A DNA stretch of 64,000 bases from an uncultured Collinsella sp. Lineage in GTDB: Bacteria > Actinomycetota > Coriobacteriia > Coriobacteriales > Coriobacteriaceae. A model generated the notes under the pieces. The model searched no databases, was not told the DNA's origin, and was given only the letters and a program-made list of their open reading frames with translations. Location: contig CABUAT010000005.1 in assembly GCA_902489665.1 (NCBI GenBank), positions 17,864-81,863 of the forward strand, read 5' to 3'. Position 1 is the stretch's first letter; the number at the start of each line of letters is the position of its first letter. Shown here one piece after another: positions 9,901-16,881 of the stretch. Made by a program: the position numbers and the translations under genes.

Positions 9901-10241
9901 AGCGGCGTGGTAACCGTCACGGTTGAATTAGACGTCGAGGACATCGCCGAAAGCGTGGTCAAAAAGTCCGACTCTTCGTTTTCCTCGGTTGCCTTGACCG
10001 TCTTGTCGGTCCAGATTCGACCGACGTTTTGGGTCGTTACCTTATTGCCACCGTGGCCTGCCGCCCAGATTTCCCAGCGACCGCTGGTGTCGGGGTCGGC
10101 GACCTTTCCGGTCATTATCGGTCCGTCCATTCCTGTGCTGGACCTGGCGTTGGCCTCGGGCGGCATGGCGAATGCTGCGGCTGGCAACACCAGCACTACG
10201 GCCAGTATCACCGCCAAGAGACCCCTCGTGTACTTACCCAT
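3945..10241 (-). CDS. Giant LPXTG-anchored surface adhesin: vWA domain plus about ten Spy0128/FctA-type pilin-isopeptide repeats
   Basis: 2098-aa ORF with signal peptide MGKYTRGLLAVILAVVLVLPAAAFA and the vWA MIDAS motif VMVLDASGSMD. Tandem Ig-like repeats come in two alternating flavours. One is KFTFTVT..APMP..HTFTYTVTESG. The other is VTDQI..K.LTGR.LAAGEFSFEL..HTYTLREV..GITYD. The C-terminal sorting signal is LPTTG plus a hydrophobic helix plus RKR. RBS AAGGGAG lies 5 nt before the ATG. Confidence 0.9.
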   Translation of the reverse strand: MGKYTRGLLAVILAVVLVLPAAAFAMPPEANARSSTGMDGPIMTGKVADPDTSGRWEIWAAGHGGNKVTTQNVGRIWTDKTVKATEENEESDFLTTLSAMSSTSNSTVTVTTPLDIVMVLDASGSMDHEMGGGDPTRRIDALESAASSFIDAIAKQNEGIEGVDRQHKVAIVKFAGKTSNNIGNETYRDGGYTYNYTQVMKDLTDCSGGNVKALKHRIAQITPAGATRADNGLQLAEGITSGRADAKKIVVFFTDGTPTKIDKFDPTVANAAVAAAKNMKDSKATVYTIGIFDGADPSAGIQDSGKSQKENKFMQAVSSNYPNATAWDTHGARAENADYYKSATNAEELKKVFDDISQAITSEAPYPTEIHKGYDETKSGYITFTDELGDFMQVDSFTEVVINGTPFTNPSKTVNKETKTDTYEFDGKAKDLLITAQRAGDDNPQKGDIVTVNIPASLIPLSHFKTVDGKLSVDTVKPIQVKYASSVKKVALDNLFTPEKVTGLKDYIESNTAVANGTKTVSFYANKWSGGALGDTVATFEPADTNRYYYFQKQTPIYTDKDCTQPAKNSLAEKGTYYYKDEFEEQGKNGEAKPTTAVIEFIGGDAAKFDGAIVADKDGNLSFSVGTARLAFIDELHTTKKSVGGNNTGTATDVLNPKWNNVSAKATATHVNSYLGNNGKISFAYDMMPAMVNTKASFGLTKVLEGRAWTDTDTFEFGLTSEGNAPMPATTTAIVHGADLDDKGKAAIDFGTIEYTEPGTYVYKVSEKHAGTTIDGIAYSGSVAEITVTVTPNKKGELSAAVKVAWSEAEVTEFKNVYAADPVESSVTDKIDVTKSLTGRDLTAGEFSFELREVKGEDSELIETVANGADGKVTFSAIKYTEIGQHIYMLREVKGDAGGITYDDTTYTIVTTISDNGKGQLVATHELKDAKDVKSIEFKNAYTTNATEASLVGIKNLQVADGLMPVDINGKFTFTVTGEEGAPMPANASVTNDAKGKVDFGKITFTLDDLNKALGEKPEKREHTFTYTVTESGEVAGVTNDAKPSREVSFTVTDDGKGNLSVSRKPDGNAAFTFTNTYSATPVETSVTDQITANKVLTGRELAAGEFSFELVEGDKVVAKGTNAADGTIAMDKIAYDKPGKHTYTLREVNGGTTSKGITYSDAKYAIETTITDNGDGTLSVTHVLKGTEPAEFKNTYSVTPLDAELDFGLSKAIDGRDWTDGDEFSFTITAPEGVPLPDPATVTVSKGDAEDGIAAIKFGKIHFAAAGTYKYEIRENAGSTVGMTYDAHVATAEVTVTEDGEGNLTANVTKKENGRFTNTYRTELDDAAAGGLKLSKTLCGRPMTEGQFTFTVTPADDDSARALGLLPGANNFESPATIEGTVGLIDILAGHEVKFTQADAGKTFKYTVAEKNDGQPGYTYDDAVRTVTIAIVDDTAGTLTATTTVSGGPEGTHETVHKSGENKVEKALVPFHNSYSATTNTPGGTAAQVVATKTLTGRPMADGEFWFGIAYQGELVAYENLKPNIGGHVSFDALHYDTEMLANLEAAGLAHRTDKDGKLAWTINYTAYEDLFGLPNGVSATTWSFGFKVIVVDNGDGTLTATVDYGGVEPLFENVYGAEAVDAALIGTKKLQAAEGLTPADIAGKFTFTVTADEAGAPMPERTTVTNDAAGNVDFGKIHFTLEDLNRALGVTDDATDRAEADEADEVEADEAEAEEADADVDANADEPSDESEPAAPTAPRSHTFTYMVTESGSAPGVTNDANATRKVSYTVTDDGAGHLSVKREGDDGAAFTFTNTYSVAPTDSSVTDQVKTVKRLTGRDLAAGEFTFDLLEDDVVVASGANDANGTVTLSPIRYEAPGTHTYTLREACPNALGLYKGVTYDGTTYTVVTTVSDNGDGTLTATHKLEGTTESAGFTNKYHAMPTQVSIGAIKVLEGRELKKDEFSFKLVGEGIESTVTNDADGKINFDKFEYDEPGTYVYTISEVKGDESGMTYDKSVFTATVNVVDDGEGNLKANVAFTKGDRSVEGIVFNNTYKKPETPTPTPDPGTPKTVTNIVKTVKGFLPTTGDQQAAALLMAFVIAMAGVGALVWGIRKR

Positions 10242-10278
10242 CGTGTCTCCCTTCTCGCGGTCTCAGACCTTGCATCAG

Positions 10279-10374
10279 CCTAAAGTTACGAAATGAGACA
10301 CAATTAGGGCAGGTGACACACGTTCCAGATTTGATTTTGGGCGTGAGACAAATGTCTCACTAAAGTTGAGACAC
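10279..10374. promoter_or_regulatory. Candidate operator cluster upstream of the adhesin gene: repeated TGAGACA heptamers including the palindrome TGAGACAAATGTCTCA
   Basis: TGAGACA occurs at 10294-10300, 10344-10350 and 10367-10373, with inverted TGTCTCA at 10353-10359. Two of these are preceded by CTAAAGTT. All lie 40-130 bp upstream of the adhesin start codon (10241, minus strand). Confidence 0.4.
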
Positions 10375-10418
10375 GAGAGTTTTCGCAGGAAAACGGATGC
10401 GACTCGGAGCCAACAGGT

Positions 10419-10623
10419 CAAAATGATCCGTTTCCCTCCGTCCACGGGAGATCAGTTGGTAACGCTCGCCACGAAATCGGGCCATCTACTACGTTTGACT
10501 CGATACCCCCGACCATAGCCGCTTTTCATGAAAAACCGCAAGCGTTCTACCTGCGGTTTTCATTTCGCATTACTTGACGTGGTCGAGAGCTGCCGCCTAA
10601 ACGTAGTAGATAGGCCCATTTCG
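10419..10623. repeat. X module plus type B element, copy B2 (B2 proper 10472-10623, 152 bp)
   Basis: Arms are cgaaatcgggccatctactacgttt (10472-10496) and aaacgtagtagataggcccatttcg (10599-10623). The core is aaaaccgcaagcgttctacctgcggtttt. It has the same length, strand orientation and preceding X module as B1. Confidence 0.85.
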
Positions 10624-10656
10624 TGGCAGACGGGTCACGCGACAGCCCTCGTGAGG

Positions 10657-10874
10657 CAAAAATGATCCGTTTCCCTCTGTCCACGGGAGATCAAGGGCTG
10701 CTACGGATATGGTGCTAATTCAAAACTATGCCGGATTACGGGGCTAAAGTCGGAGTCCTCATCCATACAGCCTTTTTTTGAAAAACGGCAAGCAGTCTAC
10801 CTGCGGTTTTGTTTTTGGGATTTTCTGTATGGTCGGAGGTTCGCTATCCAGCCCCGTAATCCGGCATAGTTTTG
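10657..10874. repeat. X module plus type A element, copy A2 (A2 proper 10721-10874, 154 bp)
   Basis: Arms are caaaactatgccggattacgggg (10721-10743) and ccccgtaatccggcatagttttg (10852-10874). Inner arms are ccatacag / ctgtatgg. The core is aaaaacggcaagcagtctacctgcggttttg. It is preceded by caaaaatgatccgtttccctctgtcc. Confidence 0.85.
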
Positions 10875-10949
10875 TTCGCGACGGCACAACCGCGCGTTTA
10901 AGCGCGGGGCCGGTGGGGCATTTTTGCCCCACCGGCCCCTATTCCAGCG

Positions 10950-11291
10950 CTATTCCGGCTTGGTTTCTACTGTGGGAGTCTTGTCCGCTGCGACTGGGGT
11001 GCGGGCGGTGTCCATAGTCAGGCAGTGCTTGGGGCAGCTCTCGATGCACTCACCGCACACCACGCAGGCATACGGGTCGATCGACCACGTTCCACCCTTG
11101 CGATCGACCGCGAGCGCGCCCGCCGGACAGCGACGCGCGCACATACCGCAGCAAATGCACACGTCCATGTCGTTGACGATATGCCCACGCAGGCGCTCGG
11201 GAGCCGTCAGCTTCTCCTGCGGATAGCACACCGTGACCGGCTGCTTGACCATAGAGCCCAAGGCTGTCTTGGCAAATGTCAGCAAACTCAT
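10950..11291 (-). CDS. 2x[4Fe-4S] ferredoxin subunit of membrane-bound hydrogenase (EchF/HycF/NuoI-like)
   Basis: 113 aa with two CxxCxxCxxxCP motifs (CICCGMCARRCP, CVVCGECIESCP). It is the last gene of the hydrogenase operon. Confidence 0.8.
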   Translation of the reverse strand: MSLLTFAKTALGSMVKQPVTVCYPQEKLTAPERLRGHIVNDMDVCICCGMCARRCPAGALAVDRKGGTWSIDPYACVVCGECIESCPKHCLTMDTARTPVAADKTPTVETKPE

Positions 11292-11298
11292 GCCGCGC

Positions 11299-12387
11299 CT
11301 ACCTTTCCGTGCAGCTAATACAGGGGTCGATGGTCAGGATAATCATGGGCACGTTGGCAAGGAGCACGCCCTGCAGCGCATGTGTCAGACCCGCCAGGTT
11401 CTGCGACGTCGGCGTGCGCACGCGGAAGCGATCCAGGTTCTTGGTGCCGTTGCCGCGCACATAGTAATACGCCTCGCCACGCGGCTGCTCAATCACAACC
11501 TCGCCACGCGCGCCGTCGGCCGGCGTGAGCTTGGTGCGCCCGCCGATGCCGTCGTGCGGGATCTTGCCCACAAGCTCCTCGATGATGTCCATGGCCTGCG
11601 TGACCTCGGCACAGCGCACCTGGCAGCGGGCATAGCAATCGCCATCGGTAGCAACGATGGGCTCAAACGCAGCCAGATCCGCATAGGCGCCGTCGCCGAA
11701 CATGCGCACGTCGTAATCCACGCCCGAGGCGCGACCGAACGGGCCGACCATCGACAGATTCAGCGCATCCTTCTCGCTAATCACGCCCACGCCATGCAGG
11801 CGCTCGCCGCAGCTGGCATCGTCCAAAAACGTATACACCAGAGCCTCGTAGTCGGGGCGCATGGCGTCAAGCGTCGCGACAATGCCCGCCAGCTCGGAGT
11901 CCTCGATATCGTGCTTAAGGCCGCCGATCTCATTAATCGACAGAATCACGCGGCCGCCGCAAGTGCTCTCAAAGATCTTGAGAATCTGCTCGCGCAGAGT
12001 CCACGAACGATAGAACAGTGCCTCGAAGCCAAAGGCATCGGCGAGCAGGCCCAGCCACAGCAGATGCGAGTGGATGCGCGAAAGCTCGTGCAGAATGGTG
12101 CGGATATACTGCACGCGGCCGGGCACCTCGATGTCGAGCATGCGCTCGCAGGCGCTGGCATAGCCATAGCTGTGACCCACGGCGCAAATGCCACAGATGC
12201 GCTCAGCGATGTAGCCAAACTGGTGCATATCGCGCTTTTCGGTGAGCTTCTCGAGTCCGCGGTGAACAAAGCCGATCTGCGGAATTGCCTCGATGACGCG
12301 GTCGTCCTCGATCACCAGGTCCAGATGAAGCGGCTCGGGCAGCACCGGGTGCTGCGGGCCAAACGGAATAACGGAGCGATGTGCCAT
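11299..12387 (-). CDS. [NiFe]-hydrogenase large subunit, group 4 (EchE/NuoD-like)
   Basis: 362 aa with the N-terminal Ni-binding pair RICGICAVGH and the C-terminal pair DPCISCTER at the very end (no cleavable extension). The size and motifs fit Ech/Coo-type energy-converting hydrogenases. Confidence 0.85.
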   Translation of the reverse strand: MAHRSVIPFGPQHPVLPEPLHLDLVIEDDRVIEAIPQIGFVHRGLEKLTEKRDMHQFGYIAERICGICAVGHSYGYASACERMLDIEVPGRVQYIRTILHELSRIHSHLLWLGLLADAFGFEALFYRSWTLREQILKIFESTCGGRVILSINEIGGLKHDIEDSELAGIVATLDAMRPDYEALVYTFLDDASCGERLHGVGVISEKDALNLSMVGPFGRASGVDYDVRMFGDGAYADLAAFEPIVATDGDCYARCQVRCAEVTQAMDIIEELVGKIPHDGIGGRTKLTPADGARGEVVIEQPRGEAYYYVRGNGTKNLDRFRVRTPTSQNLAGLTHALQGVLLANVPMIILTIDPCISCTER

Positions 12388-12392
12388 GGACC

Positions 12393-13109
12393 TTACGCCT
12401 CCTTTTTCTGCTTGTCGCGGGCGGCCTTAGCGGCAAGCGCCGCGCGGACCTTGGCCGCTTTCTCGGGATCCATGGCGGCGAGCTTTGCCTCCATCTCGGC
12501 AGCCTTGAGCGCGGCCTTCGCAGCGGCCTCATCGTGCTGAGCATCGGAGCCGGCAGCCGCAGCGGGCTGAGCAGCGGCGCCCGCGGCGTCGCCGGCGCTC
12601 GCAGCACCCTCCCCTGCAGCAGCCGCAGCCGCGGCGGCCTTTTCGGCCGCGGCTTTGCGCGCCTTGGCCTCGGCGGCGGCACGGACCTTCATGGCCTTCT
12701 CGCGTGCGGCCTTCACCTCGGGCGTGATAACGCTCATGGGTTCGGCAGTCGAGACCTGGTAGAAAAAGCCCTTAAAGTCGATCTGCATGTCGGTGATGGC
12801 AAGCCCAAACAGGTCGTGCGCTTCGTTCTCAAACGGAAATACCGCCGGATAGTACGAGCTGATGGACGGAATCTCCTGATACTGATCAATTCCCTCAACC
12901 ACCAGGTTCTCGATCGCATAGCTGCCGTCCTGCGCAATATTCTCCTGAGCAGCGCGGACGTTGATAAACGTATAGACCAGGCGATACGATCCGTCGTCCA
13001 CACAGCGCTCGGCATGCATCTGCACAAAGCGCGCGCCGACGCCCTTGAGCGCCTGGACATGCGACAGAAGCTCGTCGATCCCAACGGTGGCATAGATAGC
13101 CTTTTGCAT
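12393..13109 (-). CDS. NuoC/EchD-position subunit with an Ala/Lys/Glu-rich C-terminal tail
   Basis: The first ~130 aa show a NuoC-like motif (FPFENEAHDLFGL). The last ~105 aa are low complexity (AAREKAMKVRAAAEAKARKAAAEKAAAAAAAAGEG...). It lies between the small- and large-subunit genes. Confidence 0.65.
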   Translation of the reverse strand: MQKAIYATVGIDELLSHVQALKGVGARFVQMHAERCVDDGSYRLVYTFINVRAAQENIAQDGSYAIENLVVEGIDQYQEIPSISSYYPAVFPFENEAHDLFGLAITDMQIDFKGFFYQVSTAEPMSVITPEVKAAREKAMKVRAAAEAKARKAAAEKAAAAAAAAGEGAASAGDAAGAAAQPAAAAGSDAQHDEAAAKAALKAAEMEAKLAAMDPEKAAKVRAALAAKAARDKQKKEA

Positions 13110-13699
13110 TACTCGGCCTCCTTTGCAGCGACGGGCGCTGCGGGTTTCTCGGCAGGCGCGTCACCGGCACCGTCAGCCCCGGCCCCAGCTGCAGCCACGA
13201 ACCCGTCCTCGCCCAACTCGACGCCGCCATCCCAGGTAGCAGCGCCGCCCACGGTAAGCGGGTCACCGCCGGCGCGCATCACGGCCTCCTTCTGATCAAG
13301 GATGCCGCACGCCTCCACGATGGCATCGATCACGGTCTCGGGACGAATGGCGCACCCGGGCGCATACACGTCCACGGGAATCGCGCGGTCCACGCCGCCG
13401 ATCACGTTATAGGCATCGCGGAATACGCCGCCCGAACACGCGCAAATGCCGCACGCCACCACGCACTTGGGCTCGAGCATCTGGCTGTAGATCTGGCGCA
13501 CGACGGGCAGGTTCTGGGCATTGACCGACCCCGTCACCAAAAAGATATCCGCATGCTTGGGGTTGCCGGTGTTGACCACGCCAAAGCGCTCCGCATCGAA
13601 CAGCGGCGTGAGCGAGGCCAGCACCTCGATATCGCATCCGTTGCAGCTCGAGCCGTCGTAATGAATGACCCACGGCGAGCGCGACATTTTATGATCCAT
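13109..13699 (-). CDS. [NiFe]-hydrogenase small subunit, group 4 (EchC/HycG/NuoB-like)
   Basis: 196 aa with cysteines for the proximal 4Fe-4S cluster (SSCNGCDIE, ACGICACSGG, APGCAIRPE). A ~50-aa Gly/Ala/Asp-rich C-terminal extension follows. Confidence 0.85.
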   Translation of the reverse strand: MDHKMSRSPWVIHYDGSSCNGCDIEVLASLTPLFDAERFGVVNTGNPKHADIFLVTGSVNAQNLPVVRQIYSQMLEPKCVVACGICACSGGVFRDAYNVIGGVDRAIPVDVYAPGCAIRPETVIDAIVEACGILDQKEAVMRAGGDPLTVGGAATWDGGVELGEDGFVAAAGAGADGAGDAPAEKPAAPVAAKEAE

Positions 13700-13711
13700 G
13701 GATGCCGCCTC

Positions 13712-16594
13712 CTAAATAAACACGTCGACGAGGATGGGCATAAGGTTGAGCAGGCCAAACACCAGCGCCACGCCCCATCCGAGCCTAAAGCAGCTGCGCC
13801 AGGTGCTGCGTGCGAAGGTGTTGTCGATCAGGACCTCGACAAAATACGTCGCGGCCATCACGACCAGGGCTACAACCCAGCTCACGGGGTTGTCCCAGAC
13901 AAAGAACATGCCCACCCACATCAAAAACAGCACGGTCTCGCACCAGTGCATAAGGGTCATCTTGGCCAGCGTGCCGCCGCTCATCTCGGTGGCGACGCCC
14001 TGGACGATCTCCTGATGCGCATGATGCGAGTACGAAAGGTCAAACGGCGACTTGCGCAGCTTGATGGTAAGCACCGCGAGCAGCGCGAGGAAGATGGGCG
14101 CGCTGTACACGATGATGGGGGCCGACTGCCCCGTCACGGCGATAGAGTCGAAGCTATCGGTGGCAAGGTACAGGCCCACGCTCATCAGCAAAACGGCGGG
14201 CTCGTAACTCATAACCTGCAGTAACTCACGATCGGCGCCGACCTGGGCAAACGGGCTTTGCGTCGAGGCGGACGCCAGCACCACAAAGATCGCGGCGAGG
14301 GTAACCATAAAGGCGCACAGCAGTGTGTTGGAACCCGACACAAAGATGCCGCCGCCCACCACGGTAAAGATGAGCGCGCACGCCATGTAGGTATCGTCCA
14401 TGGTGTTTACGCTGGCAGGGGCTTTGCGCAGGAGCTTGGCAACGTCGTAGAAGGGCTGCAGCAGGCGCGGGCCCACGCGGCCCTGCATGCGGGCCGAAAG
14501 CTTACGGTCAACGCCGTCGATCAGGCCACCCACAAACGGCGCCAGCAAGGCAAACGCCACGGTGCCAATAAAAATGCCCATGACGCCCGAACCTTCAAAA
14601 TATTTGCCGCGCAGCACCGAGGGCGCACTCATGGCAAGTCGCTCGGGCCCAATCCACGCGCAACACAGCAGCGCAAACAAGATAATGCTGCAGCACACGA
14701 CGCTACCCGCGGGGCCAATACGCTTCTCGCCAAGGGCGTCCTCCGAGTACCAATTGCGCTTTTCGGCCTTCACCTCGTGTCCCATCGAGCCGCGGAAATG
14801 GCGATATTTGTCGGTCCCCACGCCCGAAAGGTACACGTTGACGTGCGGTTTGTTGCTCACGCGGAATGAAGTCAGCAGCACCACGGCGATAAACGCCACG
14901 ATAACCACCATCAGGTACATGGCGTCCTTGCCAATAACGTACGGCACGCGGCCAAACACCATGGCCAAGTAAGGCGACACCAGACCGCTCGAGATAACCG
15001 GGAACGCCACGCAGCACAGAATCAGCAGCGCGGCGATGGTGTTGAGGGCCATCCATTCGGTCTTATGGACATTGACCTCAACGTTTTGAGCCGTGGGGTC
15101 GACGCCCGAAAGCTTGGCAAGCCACTTGCCCCAGAAGAAGAAGGTCGCGGCCGAGCCAAAGGCAAGCACCATGATCATGAGCACGTTGCCGGTCTGCGCG
15201 AACGCCACCAGGGCGCCCCACTTGGACACGAGCATGCCAAACGGCGCCACAAACATGCCCATGATGCCCAGCATCATCAGGCGCGTCAGGTGCGGCATGC
15301 GGCTGAACATGCCGTCCATGTCCTCGATATCGCGGCTGCCGATATGATGCTCGGCCGTGCCCACGCACAGGAACAGCAGCGACTTGGCCACCGTGTGGAA
15401 CAGGATCAGGAAGATGGCCGCCCATACGGCCTCGGGCGCGCCGACACCCAAGCAGGCACTAATGAGGCCCAAGTTGGAAATGGTGGAGTACGCGAGCACG
15501 CGTTTGGCGTTGCTCTGCGAGATGGCCATGAGGGCAGCGAGCAAAAACGTGATGGCACCCACACTCGTGACCATAAAGCCGGTCACAGGATAGATGGCAT
15601 AGAGCGGGCTCAGCTTGACCATCAGGAATACGCCGGCTTTGACCATGGTTGACGAGTGCAGCAGGGCGCTCGTGGGCGTGGGGGCAACCATGGCACCCAG
15701 CAGCCAAGTGTGGAACGGCATCTGTGCGGCCTTGGTGAGCGCGGCGAGCGACAGCAGAACGACCGGCATCACCAGCAGCGCGGACTGCGCGGTTCCGGCG
15801 CCGGAAAGCTCAATCATGCCCGAGATGGTCAGCGGCATGCCATTGACGTGCAGAAACATAAGGCCCGCCAAAAACGCGATGCCGCCCAGCATGTTGAGGA
15901 TGATCTGGGTGAAGGCGTTTTTGATGGCCTCGGGCGTGCGCGTGTAGCCAATCATAAGGAACGAGCACACGGTGGTGATTTCCCAGCCGCAGAACAGCCA
16001 CTCAAGGTTGTCACTCGTCACGATGACGAACATGGCCGAGAGGAATAGAAACATAAGCGCCAGGAACTGCGGGCGACGGTCGGGCGCGGTCTGCCCGCGC
16101 AGCGCAGCCTCGTGCTCGTCATGGGCCTGGAAGTCCTTCATGTAGCCCAGGGCATACACGCAGATTAGGCTACCGACGATGCCGACGGCGAGGACCATGA
16201 TCACACTCATGTAGTCCAGGTAGAGCGGCGTCGCCGTGACGGCTTCGACCGCGGGCAGCGTCATGGCTGCAAAGGCGAACGAGCCCACCAGCTGGACTAT
16301 GCCGAGCACCGTGGCGAGCGCGTTCCTATATTTGTACGCGTTGTACAGGATTACGGCGCACAGGATGACGTCGATGACGGAGCTGATGATCGAGAGCACA
16401 TGCGAGGTGCCGGAGGCAACCTCAAAGCTCTGCGGACCCATGCCAAAAAACATGACGGCGACTACAACTGTCACCGCCATAATAATGCCGGAACCTATGA
16501 GCCCCACCGCATCGCGGGCGCGGTCGCCGCGCGCGAACAGCATGCCCAGCGCCGGTACCAGCGGAAACAGGGTAAGGAAATACAGTAGCGTCAT
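13712..16594 (-). CDS. Fused membrane subunit: NuoL/HyfB/EchA-like antiporter module plus NuoH/HycD/EchB-like module
   Basis: A single 960-aa polytopic ORF. The N-terminal ~640 aa carry proton-pump motifs (WEITTVCSFLMIGY, AAQMPFHTWLLGAMVAPTPTSALLHSSTMVKAG). The C-terminal ~300 aa carry the NuoH-like motif (DRKLSARMQGRVGPRLLQPFYDVAKLLRK). RBS GGGGGAG lies upstream of the ATG at 16594. Confidence 0.8.
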   Translation of the reverse strand: MTLLYFLTLFPLVPALGMLFARGDRARDAVGLIGSGIIMAVTVVVAVMFFGMGPQSFEVASGTSHVLSIISSVIDVILCAVILYNAYKYRNALATVLGIVQLVGSFAFAAMTLPAVEAVTATPLYLDYMSVIMVLAVGIVGSLICVYALGYMKDFQAHDEHEAALRGQTAPDRRPQFLALMFLFLSAMFVIVTSDNLEWLFCGWEITTVCSFLMIGYTRTPEAIKNAFTQIILNMLGGIAFLAGLMFLHVNGMPLTISGMIELSGAGTAQSALLVMPVVLLSLAALTKAAQMPFHTWLLGAMVAPTPTSALLHSSTMVKAGVFLMVKLSPLYAIYPVTGFMVTSVGAITFLLAALMAISQSNAKRVLAYSTISNLGLISACLGVGAPEAVWAAIFLILFHTVAKSLLFLCVGTAEHHIGSRDIEDMDGMFSRMPHLTRLMMLGIMGMFVAPFGMLVSKWGALVAFAQTGNVLMIMVLAFGSAATFFFWGKWLAKLSGVDPTAQNVEVNVHKTEWMALNTIAALLILCCVAFPVISSGLVSPYLAMVFGRVPYVIGKDAMYLMVVIVAFIAVVLLTSFRVSNKPHVNVYLSGVGTDKYRHFRGSMGHEVKAEKRNWYSEDALGEKRIGPAGSVVCCSIILFALLCCAWIGPERLAMSAPSVLRGKYFEGSGVMGIFIGTVAFALLAPFVGGLIDGVDRKLSARMQGRVGPRLLQPFYDVAKLLRKAPASVNTMDDTYMACALIFTVVGGGIFVSGSNTLLCAFMVTLAAIFVVLASASTQSPFAQVGADRELLQVMSYEPAVLLMSVGLYLATDSFDSIAVTGQSAPIIVYSAPIFLALLAVLTIKLRKSPFDLSYSHHAHQEIVQGVATEMSGGTLAKMTLMHWCETVLFLMWVGMFFVWDNPVSWVVALVVMAATYFVEVLIDNTFARSTWRSCFRLGWGVALVFGLLNLMPILVDVFI

Positions 16595-16844
16595 ACCATC
16601 ACTCCCCCATGCAAAAACGCTGCAATTGTTTAACGTTATAGCTCAATTGATGAGTAGCGGCAGCGGGTTTTCGGTCAACTGGGGAGTTTTAGGCGTACGG
16701 GGCAAGGAGTCTGTCCGCATTGGAGCAAAGGGGCGACGCTCCCCCTATCGCAGCGGTGGGCGCACGGGCCACTGCGCGCGGTTTATTGGCCATTTTGGAG
16801 GATGTCCCGATAGGCTCGCGGCGGTCCAAAAAGTTGGCGCGGCA

Positions 16845-16869
16845 AGAAAAATGCGCCCCTGTGGGCGCA
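16845..16869 (-). terminator. Intrinsic terminator after the HTH gene
   Basis: Hairpin tgcgccc-ctgt-gggcgca. The A-run agaaaaa on the plus strand gives a T-run on the minus strand. Confidence 0.55.
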
Positions 16870-16881
16870 CCATCCCGTTTG

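Noticed and set aside
3417-11226. Track ORFs lying inside the repeat-rich flanks (3417-3662(-), 3507-3689(+), 10029-10363(+) set, 10778-11017(+), 10924-11226(+)).
   Set aside because: They span palindrome arms or overlap the ferredoxin and adhesin genes. They have no motifs, and their composition is dictated by the repeats.
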